From positions 13,082,001-13,146,000 of the forward strand of contig CM022668.1 of the NCBI GenBank assembly GCA_012295275.1: DNA of 64,000 nt, read 5' to 3'. The notes below the pieces were generated by a model that searched no databases, was not told the origin of the DNA, and saw only the letters and a program-made list of their open reading frames with translations. Of this stretch, positions 1 to 16,452 are shown piece by piece; positions within the stretch are counted from its first letter, which is position 1; the number at the start of each line of letters is the position of its first letter. Origin of the DNA: Chrysomallon squamiferum. Taxonomy: Eukaryota > Animalia > Mollusca. The position numbers and the translations under genes were made by a program.

Positions 1-210
1 TTGCAAATGTGTTTCACAACAACTAGCTCTGATTTGCACAATAATTCGTGCATTTCAGTTCAGTTTAGCTAGCTAATAGATAAAATCCCGATAATTTCAT
101 TTCATGATCATAATTTGTCACAAATAAAGTAAAACTGACATTACTGTGTTATAAAACTATAAAGACCATTTTATTATTTTGTTTTTGTAAGATAATTGGT
201 TTTATCATAA

Positions 211-249
<39 letters not shown>

Positions 250-1632
250 TTAATTGTTAATTTAATTCTGTAATAAAAATGAAGCTATTTAACATTATTT
301 ATCTTCCTGTTGTTATTATTTTATTACAATTCTGTATGTTACTTACATAACATAAAAATGAAGCTTTAATATTACTATAAAAATTTATTATCAGCACAGG
401 TTGGCTGTAATTAAGAGATAATATTGTTATTATTATTACAATTTTATTATTATTATTATTAACATTCTTCTTCTTCTTGTTATTATTTACACATTTTATC
501 TGCAACATTAAAAAATAATTTTTTTAATTTATTTTTTATTTTTAGCAGCTTTAGAGTATTTTAATATTGCAGTAAAAATTTATTATCAGCAAAACTTGGA
601 AGATAATCAGATCAAAATATCACGTTAAAACAAACAAATATGTTTATTGTGTGTAAGAAATGATTAAATATTAATCAGAATTTCATTTACAGGGTAATTT
701 TGAAAATTCAAAATGCAACGTTCACTTTCAGTTAGTACTCAGGTATATTATTTGTTAATGATGGAAACTTTGGATGTGATGTTGTAAAACAAACTCATTA
801 ATGATGTACAGAAACAAAAATGGATTCAGTTAAGATTGTTGACTGCCAAGAATGTGTTGAAGCTGGAGTTGATGTTGATGTAAATTTTGACAAAACCCCC
901 AAATAAGTACTTCCTATAAATATTTAAGTCTAATTTGAGTCCAAGTAGGGCTTCGAAAAGAAGCCTACACATTGATAAGGTATTGGAAGTAGAAACTGTT
1001 TGGTAACTAACTACAAGATAGAAAGAAATTAATTAAGATAAGAAATGAAAATAACAATGTATAAGTATATGTGTTTGAGTGTCTGTGTGTATATAGAAGG
1101 AAGCCCCAGATTAAATGACACACACACATACATAGAAAATATTATCAAAATATTTATATCTTCCTAATACAAATTCACGTAAGTTTATGTATTATCTACT
1201 GATTACTTCCATGTTTATGATTTTTATTACTTCAGGATTATCTGACTCAAAACATCTGAAATATCAAGAAAGAGTCTAAAATATATTCTACATATATTTG
1301 TTTTATATTTGAACTTAGCAATATTAGCAAAAAAAGAGAACAGTTAAAAAAAATATCCCAATGCAACCATTTTTCTTTAATCATTAAAAAATGAAATACC
1401 TAAATTTATTCTGCATATATCCAAAATGTTAATTTTTGCGAAAAAAAGGTGTTTCTGTTATAACAACATTATTAATCAAGAAATGAGTAGTTACAAAATA
1501 TCTGGCAGAAACTGTTTTTTTCTTTTTCTGTAGTTATTAGTGAGCGATACAATGAAATAGTGAATATTAATTCTAAATACTTCCAAAATATATTATTTTT
1601 TTATTTTTATTTATTTATTTATTATGATTATG

Positions 1633-1695
<63 letters not shown>

Positions 1696-2296
1696 AAAAT
1701 AATTAAAAATTAAAAAGAACAACAATTAAAAAACAATAACAAAATAAAATAATTTATTTTTCAATATTGACCATAACTAGAAGTAGAAGGAATTTCTCTT
1801 GAAAATTTAAGGTTTAATATTTACATTCCATAAACACAGATGGAATCATTTAACATTAACAATATCTAGACTGATAAATAACTATCTTATCTATTTTAAC
1901 GGGTTTGAAATAAGCACACGTCCCCTATTTGGAATGGGCAAAAAGATGTTATTCGGAGTTAGCCTAGTAGCTGAATATCAGATACAGAAAATTTGTTCTT
2001 TTCTATTTTTTAAAGAAAACAGAAATAAAAAAAAACAAAAACAAAGAGAGAAAAAAAGAAAGAAATGCCACAAACTGTTCACAAACATTTCAAAATATAA
2101 AACATAGCTGGAACAGATTTGTTCTTTATATATATATATATATACACATATGTATGTTTGTTTATAATAATATTATATATATATTATTCTAGGACAATTG
2201 GCCCTCATTTTCGAATTTTATCTAAAAAAAAAAAAAAGTTGAATATAAAAATATAAGTTCACATGTATTAAAAGTCACAAAAACTGGGAACATTCA

Positions 2297-3537
<1,241 letters not shown>

Positions 3538-3719
3538 ATTCTCTATGTTAAATATATTATCAGAACTGAAACTAAATAAAGCACTTAAACAGGAAGTAAT
3601 TTGTAAAGTTTACCGGTTGCCTCTTGTGTTACGCTTATTCTGTTGTACATTCCTCCAATTTGTGAACGATTCAGTAATAAATGAGAGTGGAATCAGTGAG
3701 TAGTAACTAGATAATAAAA

Positions 3720-3762
<43 letters not shown>

Positions 3763-3817
3763 AGACCATTGTGATGATTCAGTTTAAAATTAGATTATTT
3801 AATGGTTTGCTAATGTA

Positions 3818-3867
<50 letters not shown>

Positions 3868-4705
3868 CCTAAAGCAAAACAAAAACTAAACAAGCAAAAA
3901 AGCAACAACAACAATAAAAAAACCACACTTAAAATAAAATAAAATAAAATAAACAACAACAATAAATTTAAAATACAAAAAACAACCAAAATACAGAAAT
4001 AAGCAACAAATTATCATTAACAAGCAAATCGTTTAATGCCATATAAATTGCGTAAATGAATTTCAAAATATATTAAAATATTATTTTTACTGATATATTC
4101 TTCTTTTAACTGATATATTTTTCTTTTAACAGAAACATTGCAAACTGAGAGCTAATTTTTTTACTCTGCACGATTTATAAACTGTCCTGGAGTGTTTTAA
4201 AATTAATTATTTTCAAACGTAGTCTTTATATTCGTTGTTTTCTTGGGTTTTTTCTTCCACTTTTTTTAAATTTTATATTCAGTATTTAATCAGTTTTATA
4301 GTTTAATTCCTTTTTCTTTTTTCTTTTCTATTTTTCAAAATAATGGACTGCGATAAAAAGAACATCTATTTTCAGTGTACGTTCATTTCACATTTCCCAC
4401 AATCACGCTGATATTAATGATTGCAAATAAACATGTTCGACTTAAATAAACATAATGTGATGGTCATCACCATGGTGAGGTGAATTTTCAAACAGAAAGA
4501 CGCGCTGAACTGTGATTAACAAATTTTAAAAATGTACAAGCGAGATAATAAGATAAGAAACACAGTTTTATGTTCGTTTATTCACTGAGTGAATAAATAC
4601 TGATTCTGAGATACACTGACACATGTACACACCGACAAACACACGCACACGGACAGAAACAGATACACAAATACACACAAAGACAAGCACACAGACACAG
4701 TCACA

Positions 4706-4741
<36 letters not shown>

Positions 4742-6035
4742 AACTTACATATAAAAATTTGTTTTGTAGAATAATAATAGTATCAGTTATCAGTTAACAG
4801 CAAGTATTCTTTTACTACCCCGCCACGTGCACCACGCAATATAAACTGGAAAAAGAACATAGTCCTGTTCCTTGTTATTATACGTGCATCTGTTTTTTGT
4901 GTGTGTGTGTCTGTGCGTGGTATGTATGTGAGTGTGTGAGTGTGTATATGTGTATGTTTAAATTAATGATGACCATGATAAATAAATAAACTAGTTATGT
5001 AAATACACAACAACAACAACAACTACTACTACTACTACTACCACAACCACCACCACCACCACTACTACTATTATTGTTGTTGTTGTTATTATTGTTATTA
5101 TTACTATTATTGTTATTATTGTTGTTGTTGTTGTAGTTATTATTGTTATTATTATTGTTTTTGTTGTTGTTGTTGTTGTTATTATTATTATTATTTTATT
5201 ATTATTATTATCATCATCATCATCATCATCATCATTATTAAATGAAACTGTATTCCACTGTCTCCTGAGTAACATGTCAATATTCTGTATCCATGGAGAT
5301 GTGAAAAAATCTATTTCCGAATTTATATACATCAAATATAACAACTGCACCAGTAATTTCATCTTATCTCTTGATTTCTTTCCTTCTTTCCTTTCTTTCT
5401 TTCTTTCTTTGCTTGGTTACTTATTTATTTATTTACCTATTTTTTTACTTACTTATTTATTTACTTTATTGTTATTTATTTATTTACTTTTATTATTATT
5501 TATTTATTTACGTTTTATTTTTTCACTTATTTGTTTTTTTGCTTATACATATGTACATATATGTGTGTGTGTGTTTGTGTGTATATATATTTGTATTATA
5601 TATATATATATGATTACATATGTATGTATGTATGTATGTATATATGTATTCTAAATGTACAGATATATACATAGATGGGAAGGCAGATAGATAGAGAGAG
5701 AGAAAAAAGAGGAAAACTAGCGAAACTGAAGGCATATTTATGTAAAAAAAAGTAAAAAACTAAAGAAGTAAATAACTGAATAACTAAATAAGTAAGTAAA
5801 TAAGTAAATAAATATTAAAATAGCATATTTGACTAATACTGATATTCCGAACTTATTCAGTCCGTTTGTACTTTCAATATACGACCACCGGACTTTGTAA
5901 GGAAAAACAAATTCTAAATTTGTAACGTGACGTAGTTTGACAGTTAACAAATAACAAGAGAACAAATAACAAGAGTAATATCCAAAACGAGCAAAAGAAT
6001 TACAACAGTAAAGAGAAATTATCCATTAACGAAAG

Positions 6036-6539
6036 ATGTGTACTATGAAGGTAAGCGATTTTCTTTTTCTTCGTCTTCTTGATGATTATGATGATGATGA
6101 TTATTGTTTTTATTATTATTATTATTATTAGTAGTAGTATTATAATTATTATATTCCTTCTTTGTCTTTTCTTCTTGTTTCTATTTTCTTCTTTTTCTTC
6201 TTCTTCTTCTTCTTCTTCTTCTTCTTCTTCTTCTTCTTCTTCTTCTTCTTCTTCTTCTTCCTGTATTTTCTTATTATTATTTTAATTAGTATTAAAACTC
6301 TGAACACAATAATGATAGGGGATTTCAAATTTCTCGTATTGAAAATAAAATATTTCAGAGATTTTTATTCGTTTGATGTTTGCCCCCAGTAAGAATCAGC
6401 ATATTCTGCAACATAAAGAATTCTATTTTATATTTTGATTGTATTTATAATTGCTTTATTCACTACAACTAAAGTAATTTCAAATTTAAAAACAAGCTAC
6501 ATTCTTAAACAATACTGACGCAATACAAATATGTATCTC

Positions 6540-6592
<53 letters not shown>

Positions 6593-7397
6593 ATATATAT
6601 ATTCGTATAATGAAAACAAGTCAGTTTTTATATTTGTGTTCATTTATTCATTTATTTGTTTATTTTTTTAGTTCATTCCCCGATCACCGCAACTATCCCT
6701 GTTCAAAAGTGCCTCGTACAGAAACGTCACAATCGAATGCTATCTGCCGAGAGGAGACGGAAAAATTAGCCATGGTAACAACACAGTGGCCACGCAGCCC
6801 AAGTTCAACATCTTCAAATCGAAAGGGAGTTACTTACCCACGCGCGACACCGACGAAACTCAACGACGCGGGAACTTTCTGCGCATTCTCAACGACCACC
6901 TCACGGAAAAACCCGACAAGATGAACATGCTGACGGCTTCCAACGAAGAGAAAATGATATTCATCTCCCTTGACATAAACCGACGAACGCGATCCATGCA
7001 GATACACATTCTCGACGCCGTCAATTTCGACCCGAAAATATTGCCAAGCGACAGAAAGAACATAATTATACGCGCCTACATAACGAAGAAACAGTCGATG
7101 TTTTCCCGCTCGAAGCTGTTTCTGGGGCAACCCGAAGAGGCGCGAATGAAACGCCCTCTCAATTTCAGACATATTGGTGACCACGTGATCAAGAACTACA
7201 TCCTCCACATTGACTTGTATAGGCACTGCAGAAACTCAAACTGTAAAATATTAGTAGGGAAAACTTCAGTCGACTTGAAAATGTTTGAGTCGGTGAATAA
7301 CATTCTGATGTGGAAGTTTCTTAAGCCGATTCACGAAACAAAGGCACAGATGGCAAAACAGCTGCTGAAATTAATCGGGAACTGCGCATGTCAGTAG
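6036..7397 (+). CDS. Divergent C2-domain protein, copy 1 (exons 6036-6050 and 6672-7397; 246 aa, C-terminus CACQ)
   Basis: ATG TGT ACT ATG AAG|gtaagc with an in-frame TAA just upstream; phase-0 acceptor ttttttag|TTC at 6672 continues in frame into the 203-aa ORF. The sequence pattern IFISLDINRRTRSMQIHILDAVNF...IIIRAYI...LNF...YILHIDLY...ILVGKTSVDL...MWKFL follows the beta-strand pattern of synaptotagmin-type C2 domains (recognised by eye). AATAAA at 7661. Confidence 0.8.
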
Positions 7398-8486
7398 AGT
7401 GGCTCTTGAACAATCGTCTAACATCGACAGAAACCTCGCAACCCTTAAGGATACAAACTTTTCCTTAAAGTGTTCCTCAACATTATATAGTATTTATTTT
7501 TTTCTATCTTGTTGTAAAAGTGAGAATGAAAAAGTGAATAACTAGAAAAAATGAAGATTCCATGTACAGTCCTAATCTAAAACGCACTCTTGTTGTTCCT
7601 ACTGCAGTTGTTATTTTATTTTATTTTTTTTATTTATGTTACTCGACAGGAGCTTTTGTAAATAAAAAATTCTACAGTAAAGTTATTTTACATTATTATT
7701 ATTATTATTATTATTATTTCCCCTCTTTCTTCACGTGTCGAAAACATCATTACAGACTAAGTAACCAAAATGATTTGCATCATTCCCTTCTGCTACTACT
7801 ATAAGAACAGAAAACTACCAAAACATTTCTACTTTTATTGCCGCTACGACTGCAACTACCACAACAACAACTACTACACTGCAACTACTATTGCTACCAA
7901 TACTACAACAGCACTACTACAATTACTCTACAGCTACTGCAACTACTGCTATTACAACTGTTATAATTATAATTAAAACTACAAATACTACTTCAACTGC
8001 TAATACTAAAACTTTTACTATTACTCTTCGTCTATAATTACTACATCTCCTGTTCCAAGTATTGCTCTTTATTTACACAACCAATACAACTACTACTACT
8101 CTTACAGTTTCGACTGTAACAACTACAAAAACAACATCTTCAGAACTACTGCAAAAATCATTACTACGACTACAACTACTACACTAGCAGTGCTTCTACA
8201 ACAGTAACTATTACTACTGCCACTACATTGCAACTACTGCTACTACTACAACTAGTGCTACACTGCTACTACCACAACTACAACTACAGTACTACAATTA
8301 CTATTACAGCTACAGCTATTACTATTGCAGTGACAACAACAATGAGACTATTACTGCTACTACTTCGACTGCGGTACTGCGACTATCACCACTATTCGTA
8401 TGGAAGATAGTATTATCAGATAATAGCAAGTCCTGTTAATAAAAGCAGAAACAAGTACAGAAAGAGCAGAAAAACAAACAAACAAA

Positions 8487-8517
<31 letters not shown>

Positions 8518-9405
8518 AGACCATTGTGATGATTCAGTTTAAAATTAGATTATTTAATGGTTTGCTAATGTAAATAATAATAATAATAATAATAACCTAA
8601 AGCAAAACAAAAACTGAACAAGCAAAAAAAGCAACAACAACAATAAAAAACACACCCTAAAATAAAATAAACAACAACAATAAAAGAAAAAGCCTAAATA
8701 CAGAAATAAGCAACGAATTATCATTAACAACAAGCAAATCGTTTAATGCCATATAAACAGCGTAAATGAATTTCAAAATATATTAAAATATTATTTTTAC
8801 TGATATATTCTTCTTTTTTGCGTTTTAAACTTTTAACAGAAACATTGCAAACATTTTTACTCTGCACGATTTATAAACTGTCCTGGAGCGTTTTAAAATT
8901 AATTATTTTCAAACGTAGTCTTTATATTCGTTGTTTTCTTGGTTTCCTCCTTCTACTTTTTTTTAAATTTTAAATTCAGTATTTAATCAGTTTTATAGTT
9001 TAATTCCTTTTTCTTTTTTCTTTTCTATTTTTTAAAAATAATGGACTGCGATAAAAAGAACATCTATTTTCAGTGTACGTTCACTTCACATTTCCCACAA
9101 TCACGCTGATATTAATGATTGCAAATAAACATGTTCGACTTAAATAAACATAATGTGATGGTCATCATCATGGTGAGGTGAATTTTCAAACAGAAAGACG
9201 CGCTGAACTGTGATTAACAAATTTTAAAAATGTACAAGCGAGATAATAAGATAAGAAACACAGTTTTATGTTCGTTTATTCACTGAGTGAATAAATACTG
9301 ATTCTGAGATACACTGACACATGTACACACCGACAAACACACGCACACGGACAGAAACAGATACACAAATATACACACAGAGACAAGCACACAGACACAG
9401 TCACA

Positions 9406-9443
<38 letters not shown>

Positions 9444-9913
9444 AACTTACATATTAAAAATTTGTTTTGTAGAATAATAATAGTATCAGTTATCAGTTAA
9501 CAGCAAGTATTCTTTTACTACCCCGCCACGTGCACCACGCAATATAAACTGGAAAAAGAACATAGTCCTGTTCCTTGTTATTATACGTGCATCTGTTTTT
9601 TGTGTGTGTGTGTCTGTGCGTGGTATGTATGTGAGTGTGTGAGTGTGTATATGTGTATGTTTAAATTAATGATGACCATGATAAATAAATAAACTAGTTA
9701 TGTAAATACACAACAACAACAACAACAACTACTACTACTACCACTACCACAACCACCACCACCACCACTACTACTATTATTGTTGTTGTTGTTATTATTG
9801 TTATTATTACTATTATTGTTATTATTGTTGTTGTTGTTGTTGTTATTATTGTTATTATTATTGTTTTTGTTGTTGTTGTTGTTATTATTATTATATTTAT
9901 TATTATTATTATT

Positions 9914-9957
<44 letters not shown>

Positions 9958-10109
9958 TATTAAATGAAACTGTATTCCACTGTCTCCTGAGTAACATGTC
10001 AATATTCTGTATCCATGGAGATATGGAAAAATCTATTTCCGAATTTATATACATCAAATATAACAACTGCACCAGTAATTTCATCTTGTCTCTTGATTTC
10101 TTTCCTTTC

Positions 10110-10168
<59 letters not shown>

Positions 10169-10794
10169 TGCTTGGTTACTTATTTATTTATTTACCTATT
10201 TTTTTACTTATTTATTTATTTACTTTATTGTTATTTATTTATTTACTTTTATTATTATTTATTTATTTACGTTTTATTTTTTCACTTATTTGTTTTTTTG
10301 CTTATACATATGTATATATATGTGTGTGTGTGTTTGTGTGTATATATATTTGTATTATATATGTATATATGATTACATACGTATGTATGTATGTATGTAT
10401 ATATGTATTCTAAATGTACAGATATATACATAGATGGGGAGGGAGATAGATAGATAGAGAGAAAAAAAATGAAAACTAGCGAAACTGAAGGCATATTTAT
10501 GTAATAAAAGGGGAAAAAAAGAAAAAGTAAATAAGTGAATAACTAAATAAGTAAGTAAATAAGTAAATAAATATTAAAATAACATATTTGACTAATACTG
10601 ATATTCCGAACTTATTCAGTCTGTTTGTACTTTCAATATACGACCACCGGACTTTGTAAGGAAAAACAAATTCTAAATTTGTAACGTGACGTAGTTTGAC
10701 AGTTAACAAATAACAAGAGAACAAATAACAAGAGTAATATCCAAAACGAGCAAAAGAATTACAACAGTAAAGAGAAATTATCCATTAACGAAAG

Positions 10795-11335
10795 ATGTGT
10801 ACTATGAAGGTAAGCGATTTTCTTTTTCTTCGTCTTCTTGATGATTATGATGATGATGATTATTGTTTTTATTATTATTATTATTATTAGTAGTAGTATT
10901 ATAATTATTATATTCCTTCTTTGTCTTTTCTTCTTGTTTGTTCACTTTCTTCTTCTTTCTATTTTCTTCTTTTTCTTCTTCTTCTTCTTCTTCTTCTTCT
11001 TCTTCTTTTTCTTCTTCCTGTATTTTCTTATTATTATTTTAATTAGTATTAAAACTCTGAGCACAATAACGACAGGGAATTTCAAATTTCTCGTATTGAA
11101 AATAAAATATTTCAGAGGTTTTATTCGTTTGATGTTTGCCCCCAGTAAGAATCAGCATATTCTGCAACATAAAGAATTTTATTTCATATTTAGATTGTAT
11201 TTAGAATTGCTTTATTCACTACAACTAAAGTAATTTCAAATTTAAAAACAAACGTAGCTATATTCTTAATCCACAGACGCAGTACAAATATCTATCTATC
11301 TACCTACCTACCTACCTACCTACCTACCTACCTAC

Positions 11336-11399
<64 letters not shown>

Positions 11400-12198
11400 A
11401 TATACGTGTAAAGAAAATAAGTCAGTTTTTATATTTGTGTTCATTTATTCATTTATTTGTTTGCTTTTTTAGTTCATTCCCCGATCACCGCAACTATCCC
11501 TGTTCAAAAGTGCTTCGTACAGAAACGTCACAATCGAATGTTATCTGCCGAGAGGAGACGGAAACATTAGCCATGGTAACGACACAGTGGCCACGCGGCC
11601 CAAGTTCAACATCTTCAAATCGAAAGGGAGTTACTTACCGACGGGCGACACCGACGAAACTCAACGATGCGGGAACTTTCTGCGCATTCTCAACGACCAC
11701 CTCACGGAAAAACCCGACAAGATGAACATGCTGACGGCCTCCAACGAAGAGAAAATGATATTCATCTCCCTTGACATAAACCGACGAACGCGATCCATGC
11801 AGATACACATTCTCGACGCCGTCAATTTCGACCCGAAAATATTGCCAAGCGACAGAAAGAACATAATTATACGCGCCTACATAACGAAGAAACAGTCGAT
11901 GTTTTCCCGCTCGAAGCTGTTTCTGGGGCAACCCGAAGAGGCGCGAATGAAACGCCCTCTCAATTTCAGACATATTGGTGACCACGTGATCAAGAACTAC
12001 ATCCTCCACATTGACTTGTATAGGCACTGCAGAAACTCAAACTGTAAAATATTAGTGGGGAAAACTTCAGTCGACTTGAAAATGTTTGAGTCGGTGAATA
12101 ACATTCTGATGTGGAAGTTTCTTAAGCCGATTCACGAAACAAAGGCACAGATGACAAAACAGCTGCTGAAATTAATCGGGAACTGCGCATGTCAGTAG
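10795..12198 (+). CDS. Divergent C2-domain protein, copy 2 (exons 10795-10809 and 11473-12198)
   Basis: Same splice sites and intact ORF as copy 1, with a few substitutions. Confidence 0.8.
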
Positions 12199-13413
12199 AG
12201 TGGCAGTTGAACAATCGTCTAACTTCGGCAGAAACCTCGCAACCCTTATGGATACAAACTTTTCCTTTAAAGTGTTCCTCAACATTATATAGTATTTATT
12301 TTTTTCTATCTTGTTGTAAAAGTGAGAATGAAAAAGTGAATAACTAGAAAAACTGAAGATTCCATGTACAGTCTTAATCTAAAACGCACTGCTGTTGTTC
12401 CTACTGCAGTTGTTATTTATTTTTATTTGTTTTTGTTTATTTATGTTACTCGACAGGAGCTTTTGTAAATAAAAAATTCTACAGTAAAGTTATTTTACAT
12501 TATTATTATTCGTATTATTATTATTATTTCCCCTCTTTCTTCACGTGTCGAAAAGATCATTACAGACTAAGCAACCAAAATAATTTGGATCATTCCCTTC
12601 TGCTACTACTATAAGAACAGAAAACTACCAAAACAGTTCTACTTTTATTTCCGCTACTACTGCAACTACCACAGCAGCAACTACTACACTGCAACTACTA
12701 TTGCTACAACAGCACTACTGCAATTACTATACAGGTACTGCAACTACTGCTACTACTATTACCACTATCAACCACTACTATTACAACTGTTACTACTACT
12801 ACTACCCTATAATTAAAACTACAAATACTACTTCTACTGCTATTACTAAAACTTTTACTATTATTCTTCGTCTATAATTACTATTACTGCTACATCTCCT
12901 GTTCCAAGTATTGCTCTTTATTTACACAACCAATACAACTACTACTACTCTTACAGTTTCGACTGTAACAACTACAAAAACAACATCTTCAGAACTACTG
13001 CAAAAATCATTACTACGACTACAACTACTACACTAGCAGTGCTTCTACAACAGTAACTATTACTACTGCCACTACATTGCAACTACTGCTACTACTACAA
13101 CTAGTGCTACAACTACAACTACAACTACAGTACTACAATTACTATTACAGCTACAGCTATTACTATTGCAGTAACAACAACAATGAGACTATTACTGCTA
13201 CTACTTCGACTGCGGTACTGCGACTATCACCACTATTCGTATGGAAGATAGTATTATCAGATAATAGCAAGTCCTGTTAATAAAAGCAGAAACAAGTACA
13301 GAAAGAGCAGAAAAACAAATAAATAAATAAATAAATAAATAAGTAAATAAATAAATAAAGACCATTGTGATGATTCAGTTTAAAATTAGATTATTTAATG
13401 GTTTGCTAACGTA

Positions 13414-13461
<48 letters not shown>

Positions 13462-14325
13462 CTAAAGCTAAACAAAAACTAAACAAGCAAAAAAAAGCAA
13501 CAACAACAATAAAAAACACACCATAAAATAAAATAAACAACAACAATAAAAGAAAAAGCCTGAATACAGAAATAAGCAACGAATTATCAGTAACAACGAG
13601 CAAATCGTTTAATGCCATATAAACAGCATAAATGAATTTCAAAATATATTAAAATATTATTTTTACTGATATATTCTTCTTTTTTGCGTTTTAAACTTTT
13701 AACAGAAACATTGCAAACTGAGAGCTAATTTTTTTTACTCTGCACGATTTATAAACTGTCCTGGAGTGTTTTAAAATTAATTATTTTCAAACGTAATCTT
13801 TATATTCGTTGTTTTCTTGGTTTCCTCCTTCTACTTTTTTTTAAATTTTAAATTCAGTATTTAATCAGTTTTATAGTTTAATTCCTTTTTCTTTTTTCTT
13901 TTCTATTTTTCAAAATAATGGACTGCGATAAAAAGAACATCTATTTTCAGTGTACGTTCATTTCACATTTCCCACAATCACGCTGATATTAATGATTGCA
14001 AATAAACATGTTCGACTTAAATAAACATAATGTGATGGTCATCACCATGGTGAGGTGAATTTTCAAAAAGAAAGACGCGCTGAACTGTGATTAACAAATT
14101 TCAAAAATGTACAAGCGAGATAATAAGATATGAAACACAGTTTTGTGTTCGTTTATTCACCGAGTGAATAAATACTGATTCTGAGATACACTGACACATG
14201 TACACACCGACAAACACACGCACACGGACAGAAACACATACACACAGACATAGACACACAAATACACACAAACACACAAATATACACACAGACACAAGCA
14301 CACATACACAGTCACACACACACAA

Positions 14326-14362
<37 letters not shown>

Positions 14363-14970
14363 AACTTACATATAAAAATTTGTTTTGTAGAATAATAATA
14401 GTATCAGTTATCAGTTAACAGCAAGTATTCTTTTACTACCCCGCCACGTGCACCACGCAATATAAACTGCATTTTTGTGTGTGTATGTGCGTGGTATGTA
14501 TCTGAGTGTGTGAGTGTGTATGAGTGAGTGTGTATATGTGTATGTTTAAATTAATGATGACCATGATAAATAAATAAAGTAGTTATATAAATACACAACA
14601 ACAACAACAATTACTACTACCACAACCACCATTACTATTATTATTATTGTTGTTGTTGTTGTTATTGTTATTATTTTTATTATTGTCATTATTATTACTG
14701 TTGTTGTTATTATTACTCTTGTTATTGTTATTATTATTGTTGTTATTGTTAATATTACTGTTGTTATTATATTATTATTGTTATTGTTATTATTATTATT
14801 TATATTATTATTGTTATTATTGTTGCTGGTGTTATTATTATTATTATTATTATTGTTATTGTTATTATTATTATTTATATTATTATTATTGTTATAATTG
14901 TTATTATTACTATTAGTATTATTATTGTTGTAATTGTTATTATTATTGTTATTATATTATTATTATTATT

Positions 14971-15011
<41 letters not shown>

Positions 15012-15823
15012 TATTAAATGAAACTGTATTCCACTGTCTCCGGAGTAACATGTCAATATTCTGTATCCATGGAGATATGAAAAAATCTATTTCCGAATTT
15101 ATATACATCAAATATAACAACTGCACCAGTAATTTCATCTTGTCTCTTGATTTCTTTCCTTCTTTCTTTCCTTCTTTCTTTCTTTGCTTGGTTACTTATT
15201 TATTTATTTACATATTTTTTTACTTATTTATTTATTTACTTTATTGTTATTTATTTATTTACTTTTATCATTATTTATTTATTTACGTTTTATTTTTTCA
15301 CTTATTTGTTTTTTTGCTTATAAATATGTATATATATGTGTGTGTGTGTTTGAGTGTATATATATTTGTATTATATATGTATATATGATTACATATGTAT
15401 GTATGTATGTATGTATATATGTATTCTAAATGTACAGATATATACATAGATGGGGAGGGAGATAGAGAGATAGAGAGAAAAAAAATGGAAAACTAGCGAA
15501 ACTGAAGGCATATTTATGTAATAAAAGGGGAAAAAAAGAAAAAGTAAATAAGTGAATAACTAAATAAGTAAGTAAATAAGTAAGTAAATAAGTAAATAAA
15601 TATTAAAATAACATATTTGACTAATACTGATATTCCGAACTTATTCAGTCTGTTTGTACTTTCAATATACGACCACCGGACTTTGTAAGGAAAAACAAAT
15701 TCTAAATTTGTAACGTGACGTAGTTTGACAGTTAACAAATAACAAGAGAACAAATAACAAGAGTAATATCCAAAACGAGCAAAAGAATTACAACAGTAAA
15801 GAGAAATTATCCATTAACGAAAG

Positions 15824-15996
15824 ATGTGTACTATGAAGGTAAGCGATTTTCTTTTTATTCGTCTTCTTGATGATTATGATGATGATGATTATTGTTTTTA
15901 TTATTATTATTATTAGTAGTAGTAGTATTATAATTATTATATTCCTTCTTTGTCTTTTCTTCTTGTTTGTTCACTTTCTTCTTCTTTCTATTTTCT

Positions 15997-16028
<32 letters not shown>

Positions 16029-16392
16029 TTCCTGTATTTTCTTCTTATTATTTTAATTAGTATTAAAACTCTGAACACAATAACGACAAGGGATTTCAAA
16101 TTTCTCGTATTGAAAATAAAATATTTCAGAGATTTTATTCGTTTGATGTTTGCCCCCAGTAAGAATCAGCATATTCTGCAACATAAAGAATTCTATTTCA
16201 TATTTAGATTGTATTTAGAATTGCTTTATTCACTACAACTAAAGTAATTTCAAATTTAAAAACAAGCTACATTCTTAAACAATACTGACGCAATACAAAT
16301 ATGTATCTCTCTATCTATTATCTATTATCTATCTATCTACCTACCTACCTACCTACCTACCTACCTACCTACCTACCTACCTACCTACCTAC

Positions 16393-16452
<60 letters not shown>

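Noticed and set aside
720-905. Short coding-looking stretch (e.g. MDSVKIVDCQECVEAGVDVDVNFDKTPK*) after a possible acceptor
   Set aside because: It is too short, matches no recognisable family and has no consistent exon boundaries.
6610-7226. Overlapping alternative-frame (104 aa) and antisense (130 aa) ORFs repeated in each array copy
   Set aside because: They are shadows of the C2 exon and recur only because the duplication is recent; splice phase supports the C2 frame.
7790-8400. Thr-rich (ACT/ACA)n tract resembling a mucin exon
   Set aside because: It has stops and frame-breaking indels between copies and lies downstream of the poly(A) signal; low-complexity DNA.
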